DNA of 64,000 nucleotides. Origin: Felis catus. Its lineage: Eukaryota. The position numbers and the translations under genes were made by a program. Position 1 is the stretch's first letter. Every line of letters begins with the position of its first letter. The notes under the pieces were generated by a model. It saw only the letters and a list, made by a program, of their open reading frames with translations. It made no database searches and was not told where the DNA came from. The stretch covers positions 214,832,001 through 214,896,000 of the forward strand of contig NC_058368.1 in assembly GCF_018350175.1 (NCBI RefSeq), read 5' to 3'. This document shows, one piece after another, positions 12,741 through 27,466 of this stretch.

Positions 12741-14774
12741 CTCATAATACTTATTGGGACCTTTCCATAATACTGGTAAGTGGAGTTATAACATAGCCAT
12801 ATGTGTATTAACGTAATAATTTGGAGTATATTTGATAAGAATGAATGTACTTAGGCAGGTATTAAATATATCAGACATAATTTTTTAACTTTTTATCTGA
12901 CAAATAGGAATAAGGAGGAATAAGAGAAGATTTTAATTAAAAATAGTATTCTTCCTATTTGTGTCAATTTTTTATTACTATTCAAATATTATTTTTCAAA
13001 TTAGAATAGAGGTCATAGCATTTTCTATTTCTATAGAATTGCAAGTTGCTTCCTCATTTTTCCTCTTCTAGTTGTTTCACTTCTGGAACAAAGGTCTTTT
13101 GCAATATCAAGATCATCTTATATTCATTAGAAAAAAACATATGTGATATTGTAAATGTCATTTATGTCAGCAGCAAGTTCTTTTTTTTCTATTCGCACTT
13201 ATGCGGGGCTTTAATTTATCATGTCATCTACCATCTGGTTTTCAGCAGAGATTTTTATTACATTTTAATAAAAAGCATATTGAAGAAAATAATTTTTGTT
13301 GCTAAGAAAAGTATACAGGATTTACATTTTTCCCCCGGTAACTTTTCGTTCACAATTATTTATCATTTAAATTTTTGGTTAATTTATCTTATATGCACAT
13401 GAAAAAAACCCATACGAAAGTCTTCTAAGTAAATTTAGGGTCATATTATATATAAATTATCATATTAGATATAATACCTGTTAGATAAAAGGTGTTTTTA
13501 CAATTTCAAAGCTATTTAATTTTTATTTCTATAAATCTTAGAGTAATTAAATGTGTTTAGAGAGAAATAGAGGTGGTGAGTATGTCTTAAGGTATTTTCT
13601 TTAAAGCTTTCATAATTATTTTCAATTTTTTTATATTTCAAAACATAATGCTCCTCAAAGAGAAGACCCTTTCCAAATCTATTAGTCATTGTTCCCTTAT
13701 TGAGAGTAATCAATATTGACTCATCCCTAAGGAATCAGGATTAGATCATCTCTTTGACACTGGAATTTCCTGTAAACAATACCTCCACTGTGAATAATCT
13801 ATGGATGGATTCATGAGTGAAGTTGGAGTTTAGTCACCCAAGGCCAGCCATATTTTATTTTAATGCATCTTCCTCTATAAAATGCTATAGATTTATGAAA
13901 ATGCATTGTTCCAGCAGGATCTTCTCCTACTTAGAAAAATATTCAGCGTGGTATTTTTGGGCCATTGTGCAATGCCATCTTTTCTACAAAAGTGACATGT
14001 CTGGTCTCTCTATATTCTTCACTTCAGACTCTTTCAACTCTGATGTCAAAACAATTATCTGATTAAGGGAAAACACAAAGGAAATATGAGCAACACTCAT
14101 AGGCTGTCCTGGCTTTATTTATTTATTTTAAAAAGGTAAAGAAGCAAAAAGAAAGCTAAATCTCCGCAACTTCTGACACATTTTTCTTACACTTCTCATT
14201 TGCTTTCATTTCTGAAATACTGTGAGATAGTCAGAGAGACATTGGTGAACCTTTGATCTCACTGTATTTAATTAGGGAAACCAACAGGATCTTTTATGTT
14301 TAGAGGCCAGTGATGTGTAAGAAGCCATGTTTAATGTGAAGCCTGACAAATTGTGGTGAGTATTTTTGGACAGCAAACCTAGCAGCCCCTTTGTTGTCTG
14401 TGCACTGTCAGCTTTTGGCTCAAAGGGAGTGGATTAACATAAAAAGAGAATCTTCCATTCCTGGGGCATGCCTGGAAAGCATGAATCTGCTGCTTTTGAT
14501 TTTTTTTTTTTCCTGAGCTATGTCAGGTACAATATAAAACCATCTACAATTATAGCCTTTAGCTTTTTTTTTTCTTATTTTTTCTTTTTTTTTCTTTTTT
14601 TTTTTTTAAATTGGCTTTAGATAGGTAGTTATCTACTAAGTGCCTATTTTTCTCTGGGGTAAATAATATCTATTCCCCTTGTATCTTAGAGTAGTCTTCC
14701 AAGGATTAATAAGTAAATGAATTTAAATCACTTTGTGTTTCTCAGTGATATTATATCATACGGTATATTAAACT

Positions 14775-14879
14775 TTAGTATATATTATATATTATAATAA
14801 TATATAATAACAAAATAACATATAATATATAATATATTATATAATAATATATAATAACATAATAACATAATAATAATAT

Positions 14880-14918
<39 letters not shown>
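14775..14918. repeat. AT-rich low-complexity/(TA)n tract
   Basis: Directly visible. Confidence 0.95.
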
Positions 14919-16027
14919 CATCCAAGCGGGGGGGAATCTAACTTTGTAGGTATGATTACAAAGTAATGAGATTGATTTTTTTCCAGATCAGGGAAAGACT
15001 ATGTTTGTGGTATTTACTGATACGGTATCTGAAAACTGAGGCAGGACCTCTAAGTTTCAATTGCTGTCAATCACTGTGGAAGCATTCAGTATCTAAACAC
15101 ACATAATCCCTGAAATCGGGTAGCTCTGCAGCTTCTGTCAAACTTAGCTATTAAAACCTTTGCCCTTACGCTGTGCCCTGGTGTCTAGGGTCCACTTCCA
15201 TGGGTGTGTCTCCATCACATCCTGGGATGTTCTCCCACATCGTTGGTGAACACTGACAGGACCTATTGACCTCAATCCCCTGAAACATCCTGGAAATTCT
15301 TTGTTCCCTCTGCTTTGGCATCCCATCCCTTCGTAGGCACTGGTCACTCTTTTCTGACATAATCCTTCAATGGCCACAATGCTTAAAGTTCAAATTATCT
15401 GCAATCGAGAAAAGAAATCCACTTGCAATAATGTTAGAAACTCCACGCCAGTCTCCATTCTGGAAAACATCACTAGTATGCAGATGGCTTTTCCAGCAAT
15501 CTGGTCTCCTAGGTGCTTGGATGCCCAACTACATTTATCTATGATTTAGTTCAGCATTCTGTGCTTTGAAGGCACATTATACTTGGAGAAGCAAGGGGAA
15601 AGAAACTGAATATTGATTACATGTCTGTCATGTGTTACCCCTCTTGTATTCTCCTTTTCCTGGGTTGTACAAGCCTAGTTGAAGACAGCCAAGATATGTG
15701 GAGACTCCTCATGTTGGACTGCATTAGAATTTCATGCTATCCACATTTGGCTCAGATTTCCTTGATGTGTGTAAATGCCCAGTCTTTCTCAGGAAATTCT
15801 AAACCTTTACTGCCCAGCCACTCAGCATTCTCATCCATGGTACCAAATTTTGTCAGTTATATATGTATATAATTGTATGTATATATAAAAGATAGACCAT
15901 CAGAGAAGACGTTCTTTGACTCACCTTACCTCTACACTTGCCCAATCCTTGCATTCCTGAAATTAATTAGCATATTTACCTGTTTTGTTTTTCCTCTTTT
16001 TTTAATACTATGTCCCAATTTATTTTT

Positions 16028-16254
16028 TTATGTTTATTTATCTATTTTGAGAGAGAGAGAGAGAGGGAGTACGGGGAGAGGCAGAGAGACAGGAAGAGAG
16101 AAAGGGAGAGAAAGAATCTCGAGAGAATCTCAAGCAGGCTCTGCAGTGTCCGCAAGGAGGCTGACTTGGAGCTCAAACCCACGAACTGAGAGGTCATGAC
16201 CTAAGCCTGAATCAAGAGTTGGATGCTCAACCGACTGAGCCACCCAGGCTCCCC
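16028..16254 (-). mobile_element. CanSINE
   Basis: TSD tgtcccaatttattttt at 16011-16027 and 16255-16271. Confidence 0.95.
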
Positions 16255-17042
16255 TGTCCCAATTTATTTTTATATTTATTTATTTGTTATAATTTTATTG
16301 ATGATACCTTTCCTCTTTTTCTCTCCTCTTGACTTTCTCTATTATATATCTTTAGCTTTCTATGTTGTCAATACTTTTTTAAATGGTTGTTTTCTATTTT
16401 CACCTTTTTGTCCAACTAGATCTTATTTGGTTCAGTTCACCATATATTTCTGAATACTCAACACATGCAAAATGACTTTATCCTAGTGTAGGATATCTAG
16501 TTAGCTTGCATTAGTTCTAAAACATCTTTATTGGATCTTGCTTACACACTAAAGAGGCCTTACAGATTTTCTTCTTTCCTACATCTCTAAATAATATTGA
16601 AATACTTGTGCTACATTCAGTTTTTCCTTTTAAAACTCTTTAGCCCATTATTCTTCGGCTTCAGACCCTTTAGCAAATGAAACTATTTTTAAAAAATTCA
16701 CAGTCCCCTCCACTGATACATTTTCTTTAAGGCGTCTATTTGTGCCACTGATTCCTTCCTTCTATTCCAATAATTTTCTCTGGATTTTATCAACTTCCTC
16801 ATGATGCTTCAGTTGTAACCCCCAGGTATGTTATCTTAGATCATACCTCTAGTTTGGAGCATTTGCCTGTGCTCCTGATTTGCAGTGTGGCTGTTCGTTG
16901 GGCATTTTCAATGAGTCTGCTTTAATCTGCCATTCATGCTCCAACCTGAACTCATTATTTTCACAGAAATACTCCTCACTCATATTTAGCATCCACATGA
17001 ATAATATTATTACTGCCTCTCTCATAGAAATCGTGTGCCCCT

Positions 17043-17250
17043 GGGGCACCTTGGTAGCTCAGTCGGTGAAGCGTCCGACTTTGGCTCAGGTCATGATCTC
17101 ATGGTTCGTGGGTTTGACCCCGCATTGGGCTCTGTGCTGACAGCTCAGAGCCTGGAGCCCGCTTCAGATTCTGTGTCTCCCTCTATCTCTGCCTCTCCCC
17201 CACTTGTGCTCTGTCTCTCTCTCTCTCAAAAATAAATAAACATGGAAAAA
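17043..17250 (+). mobile_element. Feliform CanSINE
   Basis: Full head, (CT)n, AATAAA tail; degenerate TSD agaaatcgtgtgcccct / aggaatcatttgcccct. Confidence 0.96.
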
Positions 17251-17699
17251 AGGAATCATTTGCCCCTTGTGACAAATACATCCCATAGACAACAAAGGTC
17301 TGATATGGTTATACTTGCAATTATTTTAGTTAAAAAGAAATGTGTACCCTTTCCTATTACTAGATCAAAGTCATATAATTTTAGAGCTAAGAAACTTTGG
17401 GGATTTTTATTTCCCTATTCTTTATATGAGTTCAAATGAGAGCTCTGAGGCTTTATGGAGGCAAAAAAAAAAAAAACAAAAAAAAAAAAACAAAAACCAA
17501 TCAACCAAACAAGCAAAAAACTATCTCCAAGTTAGTTAATGGCTAAGGTTGGTTTAAACGAAGTTTTCCTTACTCTTAATCTAATGAATCTAATGTTCTT
17601 TCTACTAGTTTATGAACTTGCTTCCTGTCTTCCTAAGGATACTGTAATAGATCCTCGACTTCATCCCATTATTTGATTTATTAGACATTTATTTGATGC

Positions 17700-18040
17700 C
17701 TTTTAAATGTCATACATTGAACAATCCTTACTGTATTGCATATAAAATAATGTTATTATCTGCTGAAGAAAAAGAATATTGGCACCACAATTTTTAAAAA
17801 TAAAATTCTACTTCCTTAGAAAGGTGCTCTATGATCTGGTCCTAAGTCTTTTCAGTTTCATTTTCTGCTACTCTTACCAGGTACCTCTTACCTCCAGCCT
17901 CATTCAAACTGTCTGTCCTTTCATGACACCATGTAGGCTCACAGCTCAGTGTCTTTATTGTACCCCATGTTCCCTCAGAGTCAAATGCCCTTTGTCCAAT
18001 CCTGCAAAACAGTTTCCTGTTTTCCTTCAAAATGAAGTGT
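17700..18040 (+). mobile_element. L2 fragment
   Basis: aaattctacttcct...aaggtgctctatgatctggtcct is an L2-type motif. Confidence 0.5.
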
Positions 18041-18044
18041 GAAC

Positions 18045-18250
18045 ACCAGTATAGCAAGGTGGATAAAAGATTATGCTTTGGAATCACACAGTTCTGGGTT
18101 TGAGTTCTGACCTTGATACCAGCAAGGTGACCTTAATTAGTATTGTAACAATGTTGAGAGACAGTTCAATTTTTGGTAAATGACCTTACTATCATTACTT
18201 CCTCAGAGTAGTGTAAAGATTAGGCAAGAGATCGTGTGAAGATCTAGTGT
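18045..18250 (+). mobile_element. MIR SINE
   Basis: gctttggaatcacacagttctgggtttgagttctgacc is a MIR 5' motif. Confidence 0.75.
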
Positions 18251-19290
18251 TGCTGTTGCTATTAAGTGCAGTATTGTAATATAGGAAGAATAAAAGAAGG
18301 GGAGAATTAGAAGTGAAGAGGGTGTTCTTAGTGTATATGACCTCTTCTTTAGAAGTCATCTTCCCTTTTTCTTATTCCTAGTGAATTACTTTTGTAGCCT
18401 GGTAAAGAATTTCTTATACATTTTGTTTGACAGGGCATATGTGTCACACCTATTTTATCATAAATAACTTAAATTTAGGGAGAGTATTTTATTCAAATTT
18501 GGATCTTCTTCTGTGCTTACCATGTCATCGTGTATACGGCAGGCTCTCGGAAATATTGAAATAATTAGCACTGGGTGGCACCAAGGGCTATAGGAATTCA
18601 TGGGCTGTCTTAGGAAGAGCAGAATCATACCACACAATCAGTCTGTGTATGTAGTAAGAATGCTTTTAATTCCACATCATGGCCTCTGTTGCTAGATATT
18701 AGAGGAAACTAAGCCAAGCTGACCACAGAACAAGGATTGGTTGGCACAGGCTCTTCTCTGCTTTTGATTTATGATTGTCAGGCAACACTTTTCTTAGATT
18801 TTTCAGCTGAATAAAGATAAAAATATTAACTTTTGCCCGTTAAATCCACATCAAGTAATGCTTTAAGCACAAATATGGAAAATTAAAGCCCCTAGATGCA
18901 TTAATTTGAGTAAATCAGATTGCTTATGCTGGAATTATCAATTATTGGTAGCTCTAGAGGCAAGCTGTGCTTACTTCATGCATATATACTTGAATTTGAG
19001 GCATATATAATACACATTTTAATATATGAAACTGACATTTGGTCTCGGAATTAATACCCTTGTGTTTTTATGTAATGAAATTGGTTGTGAGAAAATATCT
19101 TTGCGATTTAAATACAAATTCCACTTTTTATACCTTCAAAAATTATTATACTTAAAGTGTTGATTGAGCGATAATTATAAACAAAATATTGTGTGGATTT
19201 TACCGTGTATAATCTCTTTAGATTTAGTGTATCTTAAGGTTCCAAGTATGAAAGGCAATTATATATTCAAGAAAAATCTCTCCTAAGTAA

Positions 19291-21279
<1,989 letters not shown>

Positions 21280-21590
21280 AGTAATCTAACCAATGTGTCT
21301 GCCACCTAAGTAAAATTTTGTTTTTATTTGCAAATGCGAGGCTTTGGGGGAAGCAACATATATGCTGAATCAATAGGGATCTGTATAAATTAACAACATA
21401 TCTGGCAAAATTAATTTCTTCAAAATGTGATTGTATTAAATAACGATAAGAATAACAAATAGCAATATGTCACTGTCTCTAGGTGCCAATTTCAACTTTA
21501 GGCTTGATAGTTTAAACTTAACATTTATTTTGTCAATGGACATGTTCAGTTTCACTGTGAAATAGTGAAATTTGATGGTAGAATACATTT

Positions 21591-21795
21591 ATTTTTTTTA
21601 TTTTAAAGTTTATTTATTTATTTTGGGGGGGTGGGGGGAAAAGGGCAGAGAGAAAATGAGGGAGAGAATCCCAAGCAGGCTCTGTGCTATGAGCACAGAG
21701 ACCAATGTGGGACTTGAATTCACGAACCGTGAGATCATGACCTGAGCTGAAATCAACAGTTGGGCAATTAAATGACTGAGCCATCCAGGTGCCCC
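21591..21795 (-). mobile_element. CanSINE
   Basis: TSD ggtagaatacattt at 21577-21590 and 21800-21813. Confidence 0.95.
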
Positions 21796-21959
21796 AATAG
21801 GTAGAATACATTTTAATTAATCTTTCTTACATACTTTGTTTAGAAGTGGTTAGAGTACTTATATTTTTAATTGAGTTCAAGTTACCTCAAAAATGTCCTT
21901 AATGATAAATGATTTTTCTTCAACAGGATACAAATAGTAATTTCTTAGATTTTCATTTA

Positions 21960-22150
21960 TTTGTTACAGTTTGCTAAGTATTTTCACATTCATTATCTCA
22001 TTCTAGCACTAAAACAATGCTTTGAAGGAATGTTTCCTTTAATAAGTGGGGAACCTAAGGCCCCCATGGTTAATGATTCGACCAAAGCCCCGTAACTAGC
22101 AAGTAAGCCATATAATTAGCAAAACTTAGATTTGAAATATGATTTTTATA
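21960..22150 (-). mobile_element. MIR SINE
   Basis: ttttcacattcattatctcatt...ggaacctaaggccc...ggttaatgattcgaccaaag is antisense MIR core. Confidence 0.7.
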
Positions 22151-22164
22151 ACTTAACATAACCG

Positions 22165-22490
22165 TTTATTCAGTCAGCCTTTCATTTGTTTGACAGTTTC
22201 TTTTTGTGAGTAAACAACCACTTTAGGCATTGGGATTATATGAAGGAAACAAAACAGATGAGGTCAATACTCTCATGGCATTTACATACAGACAAAGAAG
22301 GAAAGTTAATAAATACCTTCAAAGAGAAAATAGTTCCACAAACATAACAAAACTGAGTAATAAGATAGAGGTGACATATGGGGATTTGGGTTATTTTTGG
22401 ATAAGAGAGTTCCAAAAGATCTCTTTGATATGAGATGCCTTAATGGGAAAACAAACAAAAGCCATCTACAGCAAGACCTAGAAGAGAGAA
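22165..22490 (-). mobile_element. L2 3' fragment
   Basis: taggcattgggattata...aacaaaacagatgaggtcaatactctcatggcatttacat. Confidence 0.65.
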
Positions 22491-22949
22491 GAGTTTAGTA
22501 CATTTTTTCTTAAGTATAAATGTTCTATATACTAATTACATGTTTCTCTTTTGTGAAATTTAATATGAAGTTAGACGTAATATTTGCACATACATGGTCT
22601 AAAAACTGAGCAAGAATATACAGTCTACTTCTCTATCATATGGTGCAATATGCCTAACAGATTAGAGCTTAAAATTATTCTCTCAAACTCTCTGACAGAA
22701 CTTTGCTATACTTCAGACATGTCAATAAGATTAAAATAAATTCTAATGAAACAATTAAAAAAATGTTTAGGACTCACATTATTTGACTACAAACATAGGA
22801 TTCTAACAGAATATATACAAAGAAGTCTTTGTTGGTAATTTTTCCTAGTTGAATATTAGAACGGATGCCTTTAAAATGTTAAGTCACAGAATCATGGAAC
22901 ATAGTTTCAGAATAAATCTCAGAGGTCATCGAGTCCAAATTCCCACAAG

Positions 22950-22953
<4 letters not shown>

Positions 22954-23000
<47 letters not shown>
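22954..23000. repeat. Perfect (AT)n microsatellite, ~23 units
   Basis: Directly visible. Confidence 0.98.
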
Positions 23001-23001
<1 letters not shown>

Positions 23002-23339
23002 CACTTTCCAATTAAATAGCTTTCCAACAAAAGACCTTGATGATTTCTCATAATCCTTAGTATGAAGCTCAAAGTCATTAATATGACTTATAAAGCCATA
23101 TACGGGAAGGGATATATAGTTAAGACTGACTATATCTGAATCCCATAGATAAGCCCCTTATATGATATCTAAGTTAGAAAGATTTGTCTTCTAAAACTAT
23201 AGGGGATATCTGTTTTCTTTGCAATAATCACTAAACTATTGAAACACACACGCGCATTAAGTTAGTGAGAAAATGATGGCTTAACATTGAAAAAAAATTA
23301 AACCACTTTTCTAAGCCTCAAATTATTCATTTGAAAAAT

Positions 23340-24190
23340 GAAGATTCATTTTTTTCCTTCTTTAGGCAAATATTCACTTACTTATCATCTACTTTATGTC
23401 AAATATTATGACAGGATCACAGTACCACAGTGAACAACATAAGATTTTTTTCTTTCATAAATCTTACATCGTATTTACACTCTCATGAGGTAGATAGAGA
23501 ATTCATATAGAAAAGAAAGGATTACTTAAACAAGTTTTTAAGAAAGAAAAAAAATGGGTTTATGAAATAGAAACAAGCAGGCTGTTAAAGGCTGAGGTGA
23601 GAAGGAGAACTGTAGATTGTGACGTAACTGATGTGAAGAGCAAAGGGAAGAATGTCACCAAGGAACAGAAACACCAAGAGGAAAGTCCCAATGTGGCAAA
23701 GTAAAAAAAGGGGGTGGTGGTGGCTAATGCTTTCTGAGAAGTAATAGAGAGGTAGGGTGTTAAGAAGCTAAAGACTGAAGGCTCTGTCTTCAGTCATCAA
23801 ATGAGATTGGGGATGTTGTGAGGGCTCAAGTCAAGCATGGGAAGGTTTTCGGCTTAACACTAAGATAAGGTAAGGTACTAGAGGATTTTAGGAAAGGATT
23901 AGAGGACTCTATTTATAATGATGACTCAGATTGTGGGTAATTGATTAGGAAGCAAGAATGGAACTGGAAAGACCAGCTCAATAGAGTCTGTGTTATTTCT
24001 GGGGATGAAAGATAGTGGGGAGGAGGGCAAAGGCAATTTATATGACATGTGGATAGGTTTGGGAAACATTTTGGAGGTAGAATCAACAGAAATTGTTATG
24101 TAAGTAAGGAAAATAAATTTATCAAATATGAACCCCTGACTTCTGATTTTGGTAAATAGATGAATAGTGGTATCAATCAGAAGAAAATAT
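23340..24190 (-). mobile_element. L2 fragment
   Basis: ctttcataaatcttacat, gggaaacattttggaggtagaatcaacagaaattg and related antisense L2 motifs. Confidence 0.7.
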
Positions 24191-24249
24191 ATTTGCAGAT
24201 CTTTGTAAACATCTATTAGGAAAGTTCTTTTAAGCCTGATAAACAGAGA

Positions 24250-25000
24250 CAAAACTCATTTTAAAAAAAGATAAATGTAAATACATCACATAGTTTAAAA
24301 ATTATACTTAAAATAACTTTTACGTTCACTAATAGTGATTTTTTAAATAAAAGGAAACACAAAATAGAAATAAATAAAAAGATCAACATTGATGTAAAAT
24401 AAAGTTTAGTGTGCACTCTGGAAAGAAATGTAACATTTTAAAGAAGAAAAATAAAGCAAACATTCCAGGAAAGTAGTGAGCAAAAGTCCTCATGGACCAT
24501 TTAAAAAATATAACATATATATGTTATAAAATATTACATATATATAACAGATGTATCCTGCCTCATTGGAAATCAAAACAATGGCATTTTTACTAATTAA
24601 GTGTCAGAATAAAATAAAGAATAACATTTGAGATAATTATATGAGGGAAATAGGTATTCTAATTAACTTCAGGAGGAAGAGTGAGTTTGATGTAACCCTT
24701 AGAAAAAAATGTCAGTACACAGCAAAAGTTTTCAAAAAATGCCTTTTGGAAGTCCTGTTCTAGGACAGTAACAATAAGTATGTGTGCAAACATTATCTAT
24801 ACAATTGCAATATTGTCTATAAGAATACCTTAGAAACAGCTCAATCAATGTTCAGTTATAGAAGGTTGGCCAAATAAACTAGCATAAATGCATTTTTGGA
24901 GAATACCTGTTGATATGTAATGCTATCCACAGTATATTATTATAGGTACATAAACATTTGTAAAACACTACACGCATAATATTTATGTTTCATATGTCAT
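24250..25000 (+). mobile_element. Highly diverged old L1 3' fragment
   Basis: A-rich; weak L1 3' motifs (gaaacagctcaatcaatgttcagttatagaaggttggccaaataaac). Confidence 0.45.
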
Positions 25001-25059
25001 ATGAAGTAATATATAAAGATATGATATATATGATCTATTGATAGATAGATGATAAATAG

Positions 25060-25451
25060 TGTTAAAAAAAGAAGACAACTGGCCCTAAATAGAGTTGCTT
25101 AGGTTAAGCCTCACAGCACTAAGCTGAGGCAACTTATAGTTTTGGCTTTCCCAGAAATGGAATCTTAAACCAGTAAGTCAGGATTCTCTTGATCAGCACT
25201 AGTTAGGAAATTTGCCTGATACATGCCTGCCATTTGCTAAAGGAAAGTCACTTTTCAATAATCAACCTGCTCTTTTGCCTAGTATAGCTTCTTTGTTCCT
25301 ATTCCCTTCTGGCTTCTTCATTTTGTACATCTCCTTAGAGCTCCTTTTTTTCTGCTATATTGGCTCCTTCCTGATTCAAATCAATGTTTGCCCAAATAAA
25401 CTCTTTAAAAAAACCCGAAAAACAAAATATGCCTCTGTTTATTTTTTAATG
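25060..25451 (+). mobile_element. ERV1-class solo LTR (MER34-like) embedded in a (GATA)n tract
   Basis: Starts TGTTAAA, has AATAAA (cccaaataaactctttaa) and a T-rich end; atag on both sides is consistent with a 4-bp TSD. Confidence 0.65.
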
Positions 25452-27466
25452 ATAGATAGATAGATAGATAGACAGATACATAGGCAAAGCCCAGTGAGGG
25501 AAAGAGAAATAAGTGTAGACATTACCTCAAAGACAGGTAATTTATTGCAGAAGATTGTGGATAAAGTGGTAAAAGGATAGAAGAAAAGAAGGGAGAGGGA
25601 TGGAGTGGAACAGGGTGGGGCCGGGGAAAACAGACAGGAAGGAAGAGTGAGGCACAGTGATGAGAAACTGCTGATGTTCCTGTGTTGGGGTCTGCAGAGC
25701 TGTTCTACAGCTGGGCTGTTGGACATATTTTCATGGTAGGTTCTGGATCCACTGATGAGGTGCTATTTCAGCCAAAGATAGAACCATCAAAAAGGCCAGG
25801 TACATCTCCCTCCTTCTTTGCCCCCCGCAGTGTGGTGTCAGTGAACCCTGGTACTGATGGGGACCTTCACATGTCAGAATCAGAAGATGGTTGTCCTCTC
25901 TCTTCCTCTTGCTGTTTGATCTCCTGCCAGTGCTTCTTAATGTCAGGAGTAGTGGGAAGCCACCAGCCACATTCTCAGTCCTGGAAATACAGATTCCAGC
26001 GCACAAGGGCAGATGTGGAACTAAAGGACAATAAGTAACAAACAGGAGGACAGAAGGAAGGATACAAGGTGAGGAGGAGAGATGTAGGGAGAGAAAAAGG
26101 CAGACAGGAAAGAAGGAAGGTAGAAAATAAGGGAAGGAGGGAAGACAAAGCTATAGTGTATGTATATTAAGGATACTAAATGGTTATCTTTGGATCTTCA
26201 TGAAAGGGTGTCTTATATTTTTTCACAATGACAATATATTTTTGCTTTATTTAAAAAATATATATTGAATTCTCAGTAGCTTATGAAACTTTCTGTGAGG
26301 TGATGTAATTTCCGGTTCTGGATTTACCCTAAAATCCACAATTTTAAGTACTTATCTCATACCATCCACCTCTTAGTTTCTTGGTAGAGCTCATATAGAT
26401 ATGAAAGCCCATGTAATTTTGAATGTAACTATAATGCCATTCGGTCACCATCTGTTTTTTGAAGAGACTTTATTTTGTCAAAATTCATAGAAGTAAAGAT
26501 GGGTATGTCTTCTGTGAAAGATATGTTTCAGTGTTCCTGGGTAGAAAAGGTTTGTAGCAGAGCACTCACACGATATTTTTATTATAGTTAAAAAATAGAA
26601 TGGAGGCTACAGACCCACAATTTATAAATCCATATTCAATATTAGGTCTGGATAAAACTATCATAAGAGTATTTGCTAATTTAAGTTAATGTATAGCTTA
26701 TTAAATGTCTCTTTCCATGTGTATATATCCCCATAATTGTGCCCTGGTTTTCTAAATTCCTAATTATGTATTCCAAGCAAAATCAAATATTGTATTAAAA
26801 ATCTATTGTTTGATTTTTAAGACAGTGTTATTTTCTACAAGAAAGCCTTTGAAGATTACATTTTTATTTATGGCTCAAAAAGGAGCAAAAACCTCTAGAT
26901 ACATAAAATATTTGAGTCACTCTTCATTGCCATTACTTAAAATTATCCTATTTATTTTTATGTAGACTGCTCCAAAGATCAAGAAAACTGAAAAACAGTG
27001 TAGTCAGTTACTTGATATTAACATTCTAAAATCTCTCCTTAGTGTCTGCTGTGTAAAATAAGTTAGTAAATAATAATCTAATAAACCAAGAAGAACTTAT
27101 GGTTGGTTGTTGCAGTGTATAATTGTCCTCCAAATTTTGTTTCATTTGTTTTTTCAAACAAAACAGGTGCTTTGAACACCTGTTTTTCAAGTGTTAAGCA
27201 AGCTCTTTGTGCTGTACACAGTTCTTGTGAAAGAGATTTTACTTAGTGAAATAATGTAGAAGTGATATGTCCCAAAATAGCATTTTAATAAATTCATACC
27301 ATAAACTTGGATATAGAAAACAAAGAGGTCTCCAGGACGTTTTAATTTTCTAAATTTATTCCGATATAAAGAAGATAGATCATCATTTTATTTTAAACCT
27401 AGGATTTATAAAGATGAAAATTATTTGGGTGTATTTACTTACTGTATATTTAATGATATTTTAGTG

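Noticed and set aside
13046..13402. 118-aa ORF
   Set aside because: Non-ATG start, F/I/L/Y-rich composition typical of AT-rich non-coding DNA
17463..17520. A-rich tract as the tail of a retrocopy
   Set aside because: No recognisable element body or TSD; treated as a simple repeat
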